64,000 nucleotides of DNA, from positions 1,297,288 to 1,361,287 of the forward strand of contig OZ252216.1 in NCBI GenBank assembly GCA_965248915.1, given 5' to 3'. This document shows positions 35,290 through 46,495 of the stretch, in pieces. Every line of letters starts with the position of its first letter. The first letter of the stretch is position 1. A program made the position numbers and the translations under genes. This DNA is from Alphaproteobacteria bacterium. GTDB taxonomy: Bacteria > Pseudomonadota > Alphaproteobacteria > M2410. Below the pieces are notes generated by a model. The model was given only the letters and a program-made list of their open reading frames with translations. It searched no databases and was not told the DNA's origin.

Positions 35290-35667
35290 TTAGCCAGCAT
35301 CAGCGCCTTCAGGTGCAGGTGGAGCACAAGTCTTGTCGACAAGCTTAGTCGTGCTTTCTGTCCAATTCGGACGGGGATCTTCACCTTCAGGTGTCTTTTC
35401 CTCGGCATCGCGGAAGTTGGCCGCATTGTCAGCGGTCGCTTTGTTGACGATGCAAACACAACCATAGTCGTCGTTACCGAGATCTACAGGTGTTCCTTCT
35501 GGTGCTTCACCGGCAGCAATCGCCGCTTCCGTTGCGGCCGTCACGACTTCACCGCACCGCTCAGTGATCCAAGCTTTGTCTTCGTCGCTAGCCATGCCAG
35601 CAATAGCGCTCGTCGCTCCAAATCCCATAGCAACCGCAATTGTGGCCGCCAAAAGTGTCTTTTTCAT
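35290..35667 (-). CDS. Small secreted Cys-containing hypothetical protein
   Basis: AGGAG SD, MKKTLLAATIAVA signal peptide and C...CxC...C pattern; has its own terminator. Confidence 0.8.
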   Translation of the reverse strand: MKKTLLAATIAVAMGFGATSAIAGMASDEDKAWITERCGEVVTAATEAAIAAGEAPEGTPVDLGNDDYGCVCIVNKATADNAANFRDAEEKTPEGEDPRPNWTESTTKLVDKTCAPPAPEGADAG

Positions 35668-36164
35668 TCTTATCTCCTTAAGAAAGTCAAATACGTAAAC
35701 GCCCCCAAGCGCCTCAGGTATCAACCAATCAAGTCAAAACGCTTTCCGCAAACATGAACACATTCATCGAATGCAGACCTCATTTCGATTTCGTCTTACT
35801 GAAAGCCCCTTGATCGACCGACGGGAAATTTGATGGACATGGTCCTCACGAGCCATCAAATGAACAAGCCTCCCAAGAGGAGGCCTATTAACCATAATCT
35901 TGGTCATTCTGATTGGACATGCAACAAGTTTCCCAGCAAATCCAAAAGCCATTGTTTTGATGGTGGTTTTCCGACCCTCTATTGACATAACTCCACGCCT
36001 AGCAAGCGAATCAGGACAGACCAATTATCGCGAATAAGTCTCAACTATTGACCTAAATGTCAGAAAACTTCGGCAAAACACCCCTATTTACCTTCATTCG
36101 GCCTTATCTTTTCTCTGATTAGATGATTCTTGGATCAGACTTTAGAGATCCGGAAGGCGACACG

Positions 36165-36326
36165 ATGGAATTAGATCCGAGCGCTGTCAAAATTTGGAAT
36201 GCGTGGGTAGGTCTTGGGCGAGACCTCACACTTTGGGACCCATATGGGGCGGCCCTTACGCTCTTGTTCGTAGGCCTATGGTCTGGGTACATGGTTCGCA
36301 AATTCGCGACAGATACAAAGAAGTAA
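36165..36326 (+). CDS. Small single-TM protein
   Basis: GGAAGG SD; MELDPSAVKIWNAW...AALTLLFVGLWSGYMVRK. Confidence 0.5.
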   Translation: MELDPSAVKIWNAWVGLGRDLTLWDPYGAALTLLFVGLWSGYMVRKFATDTKK

Positions 36327-36327
36327 T

Positions 36328-36969
36328 CTATTCCAGTTGCTTGCCCGCAATGCTCAATCCTCGCACCATAAAGTTGGTTAGGTTTTCGACAATCGTCTCT
36401 CTATCGATCGCATTTTTGGCGGCATAGAGTGAGGCAGCCATGATCATACCAATGATCGAGTGGGACAATATTTCTGGGTCGTAATCAGGATAAAGGCGTC
36501 CGGCCTCCAGATCGCGCGTCAGGCCTGTCGTCCATCCGTCGGCCCATTGCTCAATGAGTGGTTTGCGATCATCGCTTCCCGATCCAATGACTTCAGGATC
36601 TGCACTGGCTGCGGTTAGAACGCCTGGATTTTCATTGGCGTAAATGAGGACACCTCTGAGGACCCCTCGAATATGAGATTCCATATCGTGAGAGTCTTTG
36701 GTGTTCTCTTGGACTTCTTTGTCCAAGCCTTCTTGAGCCTCTTCGACAAACGCAAGAAAGCAGGCTCGTTTATCCGCGAAGTGGAGATAGAACGTTCCGT
36801 GCCCGACCCCTGCAACCTTCGAAATATCCTGCGGTCGCGCATCGTGGTAGCCTTTCTCGACGAACAATTGACGGGCTGCATCCAACAACTTCCGTCTGCT
36901 GTTTGGCTTTTTTTTGGAGCGGCCCGAATCCGTGACCTCACCTACCGCGATTTCTTTATCCATACTCAT
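36328..36969 (-). CDS. TetR/AcrR family regulator
   Basis: LLDAARQLFVEKGY...ISKVAGVGHGTFYLHF. Confidence 0.93.
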   Translation of the reverse strand: MSMDKEIAVGEVTDSGRSKKKPNSRRKLLDAARQLFVEKGYHDARPQDISKVAGVGHGTFYLHFADKRACFLAFVEEAQEGLDKEVQENTKDSHDMESHIRGVLRGVLIYANENPGVLTAASADPEVIGSGSDDRKPLIEQWADGWTTGLTRDLEAGRLYPDYDPEILSHSIIGMIMAASLYAAKNAIDRETIVENLTNFMVRGLSIAGKQLE

Positions 36970-37025
36970 AGGTCTGATATTTTGTCAGCACTCACACAAT
37001 GTCAAGGTTCGAATACACCCGACCA

Positions 37026-39386
37026 TCACCTCACATTAGATTTTGCATCCTGAATTACAGTCCATATTCGCGATGGTGTGGCTGGCAAGTCAATTGTGGT
37101 CACGCCAAATTCCGAAAGAGCGTCAACAACCGCATTGACCGTGGCAGGAAGCGCACCGGTGGTCCCCGCCTCCCCACACCCTTTCACACCCAGTACGTTT
37201 GAGCGACAAGGCACCTCATTGTAAGAAAAAGAAAAGTCACAAAGATCATCTGCGCGCGGCATCGCATAATCAGCAAACGACCCCGTCATCAATTGACCGG
37301 TACCGCTGTCGTAAACACAGTCTTCCAACAAGGCTTGGCCGATACCTTGCGCGATCCCGCCTTGCACCTGCCCTTCTACAATCATCGGATTGACGATCAC
37401 GCCAAAGTCATCAACGACAACATACTTCACGATCAAAGTTTCGCCGGTATCTTCATCAATCTCAAGTTCGCATATATGACAGCCGTTCGGTATCGCCCCA
37501 CCACCTTTCGCCTTATAGACGGCATGGGAGTCTAACCCTGATTCAAAATCTGATTTGAGTTCGTCAGAGAAGTTGTTTGTGTCACGACAAAACGCAGCGA
37601 CTTCCTTAAGTGTCACGGCACTCTGTGAGTCTTTCACAACGAACTGCCCTACCCCGGTTTGCGTCTCAAATTCAATCGCATCTGCCGTGGACTGCAACAT
37701 CTGCGCAGCCGCCTTTTTGCCTTTCCCAATCACAACATCTGATGTCTCTAAGAGTGCACCCCCTTGCATATGAAGCGACCTAGATCCCCCGGTGCCTCCG
37801 CCTCTCCCAACAAGATTGGTGTCTCCTTGCACAAACTCAATGTCGTTAAAGTCAATTCCGAGTTTTCCCGAAACGACCTGACAAAAACTGGTTTCGTGCC
37901 CCTGCCCGTTCGACTGAGTGCCGACCACAATCTGAACCCCACCGGTTTCCAGAAACTTAATCGTCGCCCCCTCTACCCCTGAAGCAGAGGTCTCAGCATA
38001 GTACGCCAAACCAACACCGCGCAGGCGGCCATTATCTCGCGCAGTTTTCTTGCGCCCATCAACACTCTGCCAATCAATTGCTTTGAGAGCATCATCAAGA
38101 TTACGTTCAAAATCACAGCTGTGAACCTCCAACCCATTCCATGCTGACGCAGGCATTTCCGCCGTTTTTAGAAAATTCCGTCTCCTCAGCTCATCTGCCG
38201 GCATACCGATCTGCCGGGCGGCCTCATCCATCAGGCATTCAACCACATAAGCCGCTTCCGGCCGGCCCGCACCACGATACGCATCCACCGGTGCCGTATT
38301 CGTGACCGCACCGATACATTCCATGTAAGCCGCTGGAACTTTGTAAGCACTCGCCACCCATCTCCCTTCAGCCAAAGTTGGAATAAGCGGACCGTAAAAC
38401 GAATGATAAGCACCAAGATTTGCTCGTGTCTGAACGCGAAGACCGAGGATCTTTCCCTCTTCGTCAAGAGCAACCTCGCTCTTCGTCTTCATGTCGCGTC
38501 CGTGCAGGTCGCATAAAAAGGCCTCCGCACGGCTTTCAATCCAACGAACCGGTCGACCAACCAATTTCGCCGCATGAAGGACCATTATGTATTCTGGAAA
38601 TATGAACCCTTTCATGCCAAAGGCGCCGCCAACGTCCGGAGCGATGACCCGCAACTGTTCCGGCTTGAGTGGCATGAGCCCTGAGCAAATGCCGCCTTGG
38701 ATATTGTTGGCCCCCTGACAGGAGACATGCAATGTGTATTGATCCTCGCCGCCATCATAGAAAGCAATCGCACCGCGCGTTTCCATTGGGTTGGGGACCA
38801 CACGCGCTTGATCGAGGTCAACTGAGACGACGTGTGTTGCTTCGGCAAATGCTTCATTTGTGGCAGCTTCATCACCCTTTGCCCATCGATATGATTTGTT
38901 TCCCGGCACACTCTCCCAAAGGTTTGGCGCACCTTCCGCCAAGGCATCATCGACGTCCGCCACCGCTTCAAGCGGCCCGTAATCGACGAAAATTTGCTCT
39001 CCAGCTTCCTGCGCAATACTCGCGGTTTCAGCGACCACAAAAGCCACTGGCTCGCCTACGTAACGGACACGGTCACGCGACAACAACCACTGTTCAGTTG
39101 TTGCAAGCGGTTTGTCATCCGCATCCTTGAAAGGAATTCGGCAAGAAAGGTACCCGTACCCAGCCGCTTCGAAGTCCTTCCCCGTAACCACCGCCAGCAC
39201 ACCGGGCATTTCTGCAGCCGCACTTGTATCAATCGACTTGATGACCGCATGCGCCATCGGCGAGCGCAGGACAACGCAGTGGCTCTCATTTTCCACCGAA
39301 ATGTCGTCAACATATTGCCCATCCCCAGTGATGAACCGAATGTCTTCTTTACGTCGAACCGGTTGTCCGATACCGAACTTCTTCAT
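37026..39386 (-). CDS. Xanthine-dehydrogenase-family molybdopterin large subunit (form II CoxL-like)
   Basis: GQPVRRKED, DVGGAFG, AYRGAGRPE and KGCGEAG. Confidence 0.92.
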   Translation of the reverse strand: MKKFGIGQPVRRKEDIRFITGDGQYVDDISVENESHCVVLRSPMAHAVIKSIDTSAAAEMPGVLAVVTGKDFEAAGYGYLSCRIPFKDADDKPLATTEQWLLSRDRVRYVGEPVAFVVAETASIAQEAGEQIFVDYGPLEAVADVDDALAEGAPNLWESVPGNKSYRWAKGDEAATNEAFAEATHVVSVDLDQARVVPNPMETRGAIAFYDGGEDQYTLHVSCQGANNIQGGICSGLMPLKPEQLRVIAPDVGGAFGMKGFIFPEYIMVLHAAKLVGRPVRWIESRAEAFLCDLHGRDMKTKSEVALDEEGKILGLRVQTRANLGAYHSFYGPLIPTLAEGRWVASAYKVPAAYMECIGAVTNTAPVDAYRGAGRPEAAYVVECLMDEAARQIGMPADELRRRNFLKTAEMPASAWNGLEVHSCDFERNLDDALKAIDWQSVDGRKKTARDNGRLRGVGLAYYAETSASGVEGATIKFLETGGVQIVVGTQSNGQGHETSFCQVVSGKLGIDFNDIEFVQGDTNLVGRGGGTGGSRSLHMQGGALLETSDVVIGKGKKAAAQMLQSTADAIEFETQTGVGQFVVKDSQSAVTLKEVAAFCRDTNNFSDELKSDFESGLDSHAVYKAKGGGAIPNGCHICELEIDEDTGETLIVKYVVVDDFGVIVNPMIVEGQVQGGIAQGIGQALLEDCVYDSGTGQLMTGSFADYAMPRADDLCDFSFSYNEVPCRSNVLGVKGCGEAGTTGALPATVNAVVDALSEFGVTTIDLPATPSRIWTVIQDAKSNVR

Positions 39387-39480
39387 GTCTATTCTCCCCT
39401 AGGCCAGCTAAACCGACCTGACACTTCTTTCTGAAGAGATTGCTGAAATGGCCAAATGGCTCGCATTCGGTTTCATGTAA

Positions 39481-40980
39481 CTAGGTCTGTTCACTCAGAA
39501 TTGTCTTGATTGCTTTCTTCCAGTTTGAATATCGCCCCTCACGTTCCATTTCACTCATTTGGGGGTCAAACCGGCTCTCACACTTCCAGACACTGCTGAG
39601 ATCCTCCAAGGTTGAATATAGACCGCTTTGATAGCCAGCTAAATAGGCGGCTCCCAACGCCGTCGTCTCAGGAAACACCGGGCGCTCGACCGGGCGCCCA
39701 AGGAAATCGGCCAATGTCTGAAGAAACCAATCATTGGCGACCATTCCCCCGTCCACTCTCAACGGCGCATTTGCATCAAGATTGCCATCCATGTCATCAC
39801 TCATTGCATCCATGAGATCACGGGTTTGGAACGCAACCGACTCAATGGCAGCTTTGACGATCTCGGCAACTCCGCTGTCTCGCGTTAACCCGAGAATGGC
39901 TCCACGAGCGTGCGGATCCCAGTATGGCGCCCCAAGACCTGTAAACGCGGGAACCAGGATCACTTTGGAATCTGGGTCAGCTTTCTTTGCCAAATCCTCA
40001 CTTTCAGACGCAGACTTGATCAACTGGAGCCCGTCACGGATCCATTGAATGGTCGCCCCGGCCATGAAGATTGACCCCTCCAAAGCAAATGTCGTTTTAC
40101 CATTGAGCCGGTAAGCGACCGTCGTTAGGAGTTTGTTGTGGGACAGAACCTTGTCGTCGCCCGTGTTCAACAGGGCAAAACACCCCGTGCCATAGGTCGA
40201 TTTCATCATCCCCGGTTGAAAGCATGTCTGGCCTACTGTTGCAGCTTGCTGATCACCGGCGACCCCACAAATAGGGATTTCGCGCCCAAACAATTCCGAG
40301 CTACAAACACCAAAATCATCAGCGCAATCAAGGACTTTTGGTAAGGTATTCCGAGGAACCCTCAAGATCTCAAGCAGATCATCATCCCACTCTTGCGAGC
40401 CAATGTTGAAGAGCATTGTACGCGAGGCATTGGTGGCATCGGTGACATGAGAACGCCCGCCGGTTAGATTCCAAATCAACCATGAATCAATAGTCCCAAA
40501 GGCAAGCTTCCCGTCTTCCGCTTTATGCCGGGCACCCTCAACATTGTCCAAGATCCAACTGACTTTTGTCCCAGAGAAATATGGATCGAGGAGAAGCCCA
40601 GTCTTTTCTTGAACCAGAGAGCCGTGTCCGGCCTTTGCGAGTTCAGCACATCGCTCAGCCGTTCTTCGGTCCTGCCAAACAATCGCATTGTGAATTGGTT
40701 CTCCTGTTTCGCGGTCCCAAACGACGGCTGTTTCGCGTTGATTTGTGATGCCAATGGCCACAATCTCATTCGCCGGGGACAGTTCATCAATTAGCTCCTG
40801 GCATAGGTCTTTCGTGTCTTGCCAAATACGAAGCGCATCATGTTCGACCCATCCATCCTGAGGGAATATCTGAGGAAACTCACGTTGTGCGGAGTTCTTA
40901 GGGTCACCAGACGCACTGAAGAGGATTGTGCGCGTGCTCGTTGTGCCTTGATCGATTGCAAGAACGTACTTCTCTGGCAT
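39481..40980 (-). CDS. glpK: Glycerol kinase
   Basis: [24 protein letters not shown] and GDQQAA. Confidence 0.96.
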   Translation of the reverse strand: MPEKYVLAIDQGTTSTRTILFSASGDPKNSAQREFPQIFPQDGWVEHDALRIWQDTKDLCQELIDELSPANEIVAIGITNQRETAVVWDRETGEPIHNAIVWQDRRTAERCAELAKAGHGSLVQEKTGLLLDPYFSGTKVSWILDNVEGARHKAEDGKLAFGTIDSWLIWNLTGGRSHVTDATNASRTMLFNIGSQEWDDDLLEILRVPRNTLPKVLDCADDFGVCSSELFGREIPICGVAGDQQAATVGQTCFQPGMMKSTYGTGCFALLNTGDDKVLSHNKLLTTVAYRLNGKTTFALEGSIFMAGATIQWIRDGLQLIKSASESEDLAKKADPDSKVILVPAFTGLGAPYWDPHARGAILGLTRDSGVAEIVKAAIESVAFQTRDLMDAMSDDMDGNLDANAPLRVDGGMVANDWFLQTLADFLGRPVERPVFPETTALGAAYLAGYQSGLYSTLEDLSSVWKCESRFDPQMSEMEREGRYSNWKKAIKTILSEQT

Positions 40981-41172
40981 CAATTCCCTTCCTCATACTC
41001 CAGAAACCGTTATACCGGCTGAAAGCTGCAGTTTGTCGCAGGCCCCAATTGGGCCTCGCCCCTTCAGATTGCCCCCGATAGGATGGTATTTGCAATGTTT
41101 CAGGTGGAATTTCACTACAAAAGGGCCACTTAGAACATACAACTTCTCGATTAAACGATGTAAAATCTACCT

Positions 41173-42234
41173 ATGAACTTAGAAATCACAGATGAGCCCG
41201 AAGTCTTGTCACCGAACGGAACGGCATTGACCAACGAGCAGGCACCATTGATCGATCCTTACGGCAGGCATGTGACCTATCTAAGGGTGTCGGTGACGGA
41301 CCGGTGCGACTTTCGCTGCGTCTACTGCATGTCAGAACACATGACGTTCCTCCCCAAGAAAGACGTTCTTTCCTTGGAGGAACTGGACGCTGTTTGCTCC
41401 GCTTTTGTCGAGCGCGGTGTGAGGCGCCTTCGACTAACAGGTGGAGAACCTCTTGTGCGACGCGGTATTCTTACTCTGATCGAAAGTCTCGCTCGGCACT
41501 TGGAATCCGGAAAACTAGACGAACTGACAATCACCACAAATGGAAGTCAGTTGGCAAAGTACGCTGATGACCTTTATCACCTTGGCGTTCGGCGCATCAA
41601 TGTGTCACTGGACACCATCAATGATGTGAAGTTTTCCGAGATCACGCGTTGGGGGAAGCTAGACAAAGTACTGGCGGGGTTGAAAGCTGCAAAGAAGTCG
41701 GGCCTCAAGATCAAGATCAATGCCGTGGCCGTCAAAGACTTCAATGAAGACGAAATTCCTCATCTCATCAAATGGGCACATGGTGAGGGATTTGAGATGA
41801 CCGTCATCGAAACAATGCCGCTAGGAGAGATCGAAGGGGACCGCGCCGATCAATATCTTCCACTCTCCAAAGTTCGCAAGAGCCTTGAAGAACAATTCAC
41901 TCTGAGAGATCTCGACGTGAGAACCGGCGGACCAGCCCGCTACGTCGATGTGGTGGAAACAGGTGGACGGCTTGGCTTCATCACCCCGCTCACTCACAAT
42001 TTTTGCGAGTCTTGCAACCGTGTCCGACTGACCTCAACCGGCCAACTTTATATGTGTCTGGGTCAAGACGACTCTGCCGACCTGAGAGCCGCCATTCGCT
42101 CAGAAAACGGAAGCGAGGCCTTGGCCGCAGCAATTGATGAAGCCATCGGCCGAAAACCCAAAGGACATGATTTCGTTATCAAAAGAGAAGGGACAAAAAC
42201 CGTCAATCGCCACATGTCGGTGACCGGCGGCTAG
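41173..42234 (+). CDS. moaA: GTP 3',8-cyclase
   Basis: [17 protein letters not shown]...C and C-terminal GG. Confidence 0.97.
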   Translation: MNLEITDEPEVLSPNGTALTNEQAPLIDPYGRHVTYLRVSVTDRCDFRCVYCMSEHMTFLPKKDVLSLEELDAVCSAFVERGVRRLRLTGGEPLVRRGILTLIESLARHLESGKLDELTITTNGSQLAKYADDLYHLGVRRINVSLDTINDVKFSEITRWGKLDKVLAGLKAAKKSGLKIKINAVAVKDFNEDEIPHLIKWAHGEGFEMTVIETMPLGEIEGDRADQYLPLSKVRKSLEEQFTLRDLDVRTGGPARYVDVVETGGRLGFITPLTHNFCESCNRVRLTSTGQLYMCLGQDDSADLRAAIRSENGSEALAAAIDEAIGRKPKGHDFVIKREGTKTVNRHMSVTGG

Positions 42235-42316
42235 CCAATTCTCACTTTGCATTGTTTCCAGGGACCGATAGTGTTCCGGAAGGAAGTATCACTTCTAATC
42301 AAGAACCGAGCTCTTC

Positions 42317-43084
42317 ATGGCTTCAAAAAACATCGCCTTTGTGGCCGCTGACATTCCCCAGGCAAGTGATGCCCTCGAACGGCTGTCGCGGCTCTACGGA
42401 AATTGTTCCCCTCAAGAGGCTAACGTCATCGTCGCCCTAGGCGGTGACGGTTTTATGCTCCAAACCATGCATGATTTCTTGGACCTCAACAAACCGATCT
42501 ACGGCATGAACCGCGGTTCTGTCGGTTTCATGCTCAATGAATACAATGAAGAAGGTCTAGAAGAGCGCCTAAGCAAAGCCATCGAAGCAAAGATCCATCC
42601 CCTGCGTATGATCGCATCAAATGCTGACAACATTGAAACGAAAGCCTTAGCGATCAATGAGGTGTCGCTCCTTCGCGAAACGAGGCAAAGCGCAAAAATC
42701 AAAATCACAATCGATGAAAAAGTTCGCATGCGAGAACTTGTCTGCGATGGCGTCATGGTGGCGACCCCGGCTGGCAGCACGGCGTACAATCTCTCTGCTT
42801 ATGGCCCCGTTATTCCGATCAACGCGAGGCTCCTTGCACTCACGGCGATTAGCGCTTTCAGGCCCCGTAGGTGGCGCGGCGCCCTCCTCCCCCACAGCGC
42901 TGAAGTGGTATTCGAAGTGAAGGAACCCGAGAAGCGTCCAGTTAGTGCTGTGGCTGATCACACCGAGGTGCGCAACGTCTCAACGGTGAAAATTGCCGAA
43001 GCAACAGAAGTCACCATCAACATGCTCTTTGATGAAGGCCACTCCTTAGAAGAACGCATCATTCAAGAACAATTTGTCGACTGA
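42317..43084 (+). CDS. nadK: NAD kinase
   Basis: LGGDG, NE and [13 protein letters not shown]. Confidence 0.95.
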   Translation: MASKNIAFVAADIPQASDALERLSRLYGNCSPQEANVIVALGGDGFMLQTMHDFLDLNKPIYGMNRGSVGFMLNEYNEEGLEERLSKAIEAKIHPLRMIASNADNIETKALAINEVSLLRETRQSAKIKITIDEKVRMRELVCDGVMVATPAGSTAYNLSAYGPVIPINARLLALTAISAFRPRRWRGALLPHSAEVVFEVKEPEKRPVSAVADHTEVRNVSTVKIAEATEVTINMLFDEGHSLEERIIQEQFVD

Positions 43085-43099
43085 TAGCGGTCCTTACCT

Positions 43100-43915
43100 T
43101 CACATTTCCTTTGCCGGAATGGCAACGTCACCATACCCCGCATCACTGGGTAGACAGAGATAAGGTTCTTCGTTGCGCGTTTCGATGAATGGCATGACGG
43201 GACTGATCTTCCGTTGCTGTGCATGCAAGATCGCTTCATCCGCATTACTGCTTTCGGCGAGTTTTTGTAGGTTCATGCGCGTGGGGAAAATGATCGTTCT
43301 CTTCCCCTCATCTGCATCGCTCAGGGCCTGTTGAGGACTAATCCAAACCGAGTCCACTGTTTCACTTCCATCGTGCAACGCATTATGGAAGCTTGGTGGT
43401 ATGGCGAGATAAAAATGGGTATCAAAACGCTTTGGCATAAATTCGGGCGTCACCCAATGCGAGTATCGGGTGAGCGCGTCACAAGCGAGCCTGAGGTCAT
43501 TCGCCTTCAAAAACTCAAGGATCGGCAAGTCTCCCTTGTCGAGTTCACCGCGAAACCGGTCTAGACTCTCTAGTAGGTCCGCGTCGACAAATTCGCTTGA
43601 TTTTCCTGCCCGCGCCAGAAGAACACCTGACTCTTCAAAAGCTTCTCGAATTGCCGCGACCATGAGCGAAAGCTCAACATCCGTGGCATTCTCGGCCCCA
43701 TCACATAAGTCACGAACCCCTGGATCTCGGTCATGCGCATGGGCCTTCCCACCAGGGAAAACCAAAGCGCCCGAGGCAAAATCGATTTGGTGATGGCGAA
43801 CTACCATGAAGACTTCAAGGTCTGTACTAATCTCGCTATCCCGCAGGAGCAATATCGTCGCCGCAGGCACCGGCGTCGCTGGGCTCTTTTCAGAACTCAA
43901 GTTTCTTCCCCTCAA
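43100..43915 (-). CDS. NUDIX hydrolase (Nudt19-like)
   Basis: VFPGG, AAIREAFEESG and WVTP...RFDT; start uncertain. Confidence 0.88.
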   Translation of the reverse strand: MRGRNLSSEKSPATPVPAATILLLRDSEISTDLEVFMVVRHHQIDFASGALVFPGGKAHAHDRDPGVRDLCDGAENATDVELSLMVAAIREAFEESGVLLARAGKSSEFVDADLLESLDRFRGELDKGDLPILEFLKANDLRLACDALTRYSHWVTPEFMPKRFDTHFYLAIPPSFHNALHDGSETVDSVWISPQQALSDADEGKRTIIFPTRMNLQKLAESSNADEAILHAQQRKISPVMPFIETRNEEPYLCLPSDAGYGDVAIPAKEM

Positions 43916-44016
43916 TTGGGCGCCGTTGTTTCATTCCGGGCCACTGTGTTATTGCGGCAACTCTAATCAGATTCAGGGCGGAAAGATACCGGTTCGATAA
44001 AATTTGGCACGCCACA

Positions 44017-44031
44017 TTAAGCACTTGTTAT
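44017..44031. promoter_or_regulatory. CtrA-like box upstream of the EAL gene
   Basis: TTAA-GCACTTG-TTAT. Confidence 0.35.
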
Positions 44032-44040
44032 CCCTCACTT

Positions 44041-45147
44041 GTGACAATCCTCATTCAGACTACTCCTAGTTCAGTTGCGTCAGCGTTTGGGGGCCCAAGC
44101 GACATGTCTAGTACCGAAATTCTGTTGAATAACAATCAGCTCAACACCGCGTTCGAAGAGCGTCAGTTTCACCTTGTCTATCAACCGCAAATTGCGACAG
44201 ATGGCGCGCGCGTCTCAGGCGCTGAAGCGTACGTTCGTTGGATGCACCCAGAGTTTGGTGCCATCTCACCTGCGTTATTCTTGAAATTCGTTGATCTTCA
44301 AGGCAGGTCGCGAGAGTTGACCAACTACCTCATTCGTCTTGGGCTCAAGACCGCGGCCAAGTGGCATTACGCAGGTCTTGAATGGCCGGTTTCTCTAAAT
44401 GTCGGGGTAGATGATTTGGTCGATGGGACCATGCCCATGACCTTGGATATTCTCCTTCGAGAAAACGAAATTGACGCGAACCAAGTCAATCTCGACATCC
44501 CTGAAGGGGAATTGGTCCATGAATGGGATGCGAAGTGGGGAAAGGTCAGCAAGACTCTTAAGGAATTACGGGACATGGGTGTATCTGTTTCTCTCGAGTG
44601 TCGGGGGCCTCATCGCCTTGACCATGAACAAATTGACCGCGACTACTTTGATGCCATCAAAGTCTCTGGACCCACCCTGCTCCAGTTCGCCAACAATACG
44701 CACAATTTGACATTCAGCCTCATTTCCAAGCGCATGCGATTTGCCAAGGACAATGACTTCAAAACCGTCGCCGTAGGGGCAGAAGACAATGCCGCCCTTT
44801 TGGTACTAAAGAAGATTGGTTTTGATTACATACAAGGTCACATCATTTCTCCACCGGTTGCCTTAGACAAGTTGACCGATTGGCGCCGCACTTATGTACC
44901 GCCTGCAATGTACGTCAACCCGGACAAGCCTGTGGAAGATTGGAAGTCTCCAGCTTCAGAAGTCGAAATAGCGCCACTAGAAACCGCTGATGAAACAGCC
45001 GAAAGCGTCCTTGATGGACAATGGAGTCGTGCCGCGAGCGGTGAAACACTCGACGAAGTCACACTGACACCGGAAGCGACGCCATCTCAAGACGAAGAAG
45101 AGAACGCAAAAGGGTGGCGAAAGGCCTTAAAGATCGGCCGCAAATAG
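44041..45147 (+). CDS. Degenerate EAL-domain protein with an acidic C-terminal tail
   Basis: YQPQ, EAYVRW and YIQG are present. DDFGTG is replaced by ECRGP and EGVE by VGAE. The start may be at MSST. Confidence 0.82.
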   Translation: MTILIQTTPSSVASAFGGPSDMSSTEILLNNNQLNTAFEERQFHLVYQPQIATDGARVSGAEAYVRWMHPEFGAISPALFLKFVDLQGRSRELTNYLIRLGLKTAAKWHYAGLEWPVSLNVGVDDLVDGTMPMTLDILLRENEIDANQVNLDIPEGELVHEWDAKWGKVSKTLKELRDMGVSVSLECRGPHRLDHEQIDRDYFDAIKVSGPTLLQFANNTHNLTFSLISKRMRFAKDNDFKTVAVGAEDNAALLVLKKIGFDYIQGHIISPPVALDKLTDWRRTYVPPAMYVNPDKPVEDWKSPASEVEIAPLETADETAESVLDGQWSRAASGETLDEVTLTPEATPSQDEEENAKGWRKALKIGRK

Positions 45148-45174
45148 TTGGAAATGGTTCAGTTGAGTCTGGGT

Positions 45175-46335
45175 CTATCCGGCTATTGCGTCTGCAACGG
45201 TCGGAATGGTCAGGTCCTCGTCTAGGTCGGTCCCATCATTGAGGATCTCAAGCAGCACACCCAATTCAGACGTATCAAAGTCCTTGTGGTCCGATACAAT
45301 TCGTTGCAAGACCTTTTCCTTAAACGCTTCAGGCGACGGTTGCTCCCCACCTTCAGTGGGGGACAGGTCATGAAAAACATCTACCGCAATCCGACATGGC
45401 AAAAAATGACTTTCCGAGAGACCGGCTTCTTTGAAGATGGCGCGGAGCCCGAGGTCGCCCTTGTCATGTATGAGCATCCAAGCTTTGGCGTGGTCGAGAC
45501 CCGCCAGGTTTGCCAGCGCCGACTCAAAGAACAAGATCTGGCCTGAACAAACCGCCCTCAAAATCACCGACGGCGTCAATCTTCCAAAACGGTGAAGTTG
45601 AGATACAAGCTCTTCGATATGAGCTTTGCGTTCAACACTTTGGGCATAGTCGACGGTCACCGTTTCACGGCTGTGATCCACAAGTCGAACCGCGTCGGCT
45701 TCTCGAACACGACCAGACTCAATCAACCGTTCACGTAAATGATCAGACACCATGACAACGAGTCTTTCCGCAATCGCTGGAGAAACATCACCCCTGAGCG
45801 CCAACCATCCACTGACATCACCATCTCCACCGAAACGGTCTACGACAGCGTTCATCGCCTCTTCTGAGAGTTCCGCACCAGGATTTTTCACCAGCTCAGA
45901 AACAACATCTTTGCTGCCTGCTTCCACAAGCGCGTCTGCCACCGCTTCGCCAACATGAGACCGTCCCGCAATCGCAAGCTGTTTTGGGCGCGTTGCATCC
46001 GAGATCAATTGAACCAATTCTTGGTCAGAGAAAATTGGAGACGCAGAAAGCAACGGAACCGCCACCGATTCAACATCGCCCGCAAGGTCGAGAGCAGCTT
46101 TTCTGGGAATTCTTTCCGAATAGCATAAATTTTCGACCAAAGCTTCGCGTACACGAACAGCGGCATCGCGCGTCATCAATTCAACAATCTCATTGGCGAT
46201 GGACTGTTCTTTCTTAGAAAAGCTTTCATCCGTAATTTGCTTGGCTACCTTGGAAGCAAGTGACACACGCCCTTCCTCCCCTCGGTTCTCGAGGAGCTCA
46301 TGAAGATCGGACTGACTAAGACGGCTGCGTATCAT
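45175..46335 (-). CDS. DUF2336 family protein
   Basis: LAGDVESVAVPLLSASP, AIAGR, LVKNPGAELS and GRLTPSVILRA. Confidence 0.87.
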   Translation of the reverse strand: MIRSRLSQSDLHELLENRGEEGRVSLASKVAKQITDESFSKKEQSIANEIVELMTRDAAVRVREALVENLCYSERIPRKAALDLAGDVESVAVPLLSASPIFSDQELVQLISDATRPKQLAIAGRSHVGEAVADALVEAGSKDVVSELVKNPGAELSEEAMNAVVDRFGGDGDVSGWLALRGDVSPAIAERLVVMVSDHLRERLIESGRVREADAVRLVDHSRETVTVDYAQSVERKAHIEELVSQLHRFGRLTPSVILRAVCSGQILFFESALANLAGLDHAKAWMLIHDKGDLGLRAIFKEAGLSESHFLPCRIAVDVFHDLSPTEGGEQPSPEAFKEKVLQRIVSDHKDFDTSELGVLLEILNDGTDLDEDLTIPTVADAIAG

Positions 46336-46465
46336 GCCTTTGTGTCACTGCATTGCACTTAGCGGCTCACTGTGAGCGCACCTTATTTGCTATGCGGAAT
46401 CTAAGGATGAGGTCTTAAAACGCCGTGTAAGATTGCCTGGAAATTGAATTGGCTTGTCAAGAACA

Positions 46466-46480
46466 TTAGGAATTCATTAA
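46466..46480. promoter_or_regulatory. CtrA-like box upstream of the DUF2336 gene
   Basis: TTAG-GAATTCA-TTAA. Confidence 0.35.
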
Positions 46481-46495
46481 GGCTGTTGAGCCCGC

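Noticed and set aside
35764-36024. 86-aa minus-strand ORF
   Set aside because: Weak start and atypical composition; more likely intergenic regulatory DNA
37026-39386. Aerobic CO dehydrogenase (CO oxidation)
   Set aside because: The motif is AYRGAGR, not the form I AYxCSFR, and no coxS, coxM or accessory genes are present
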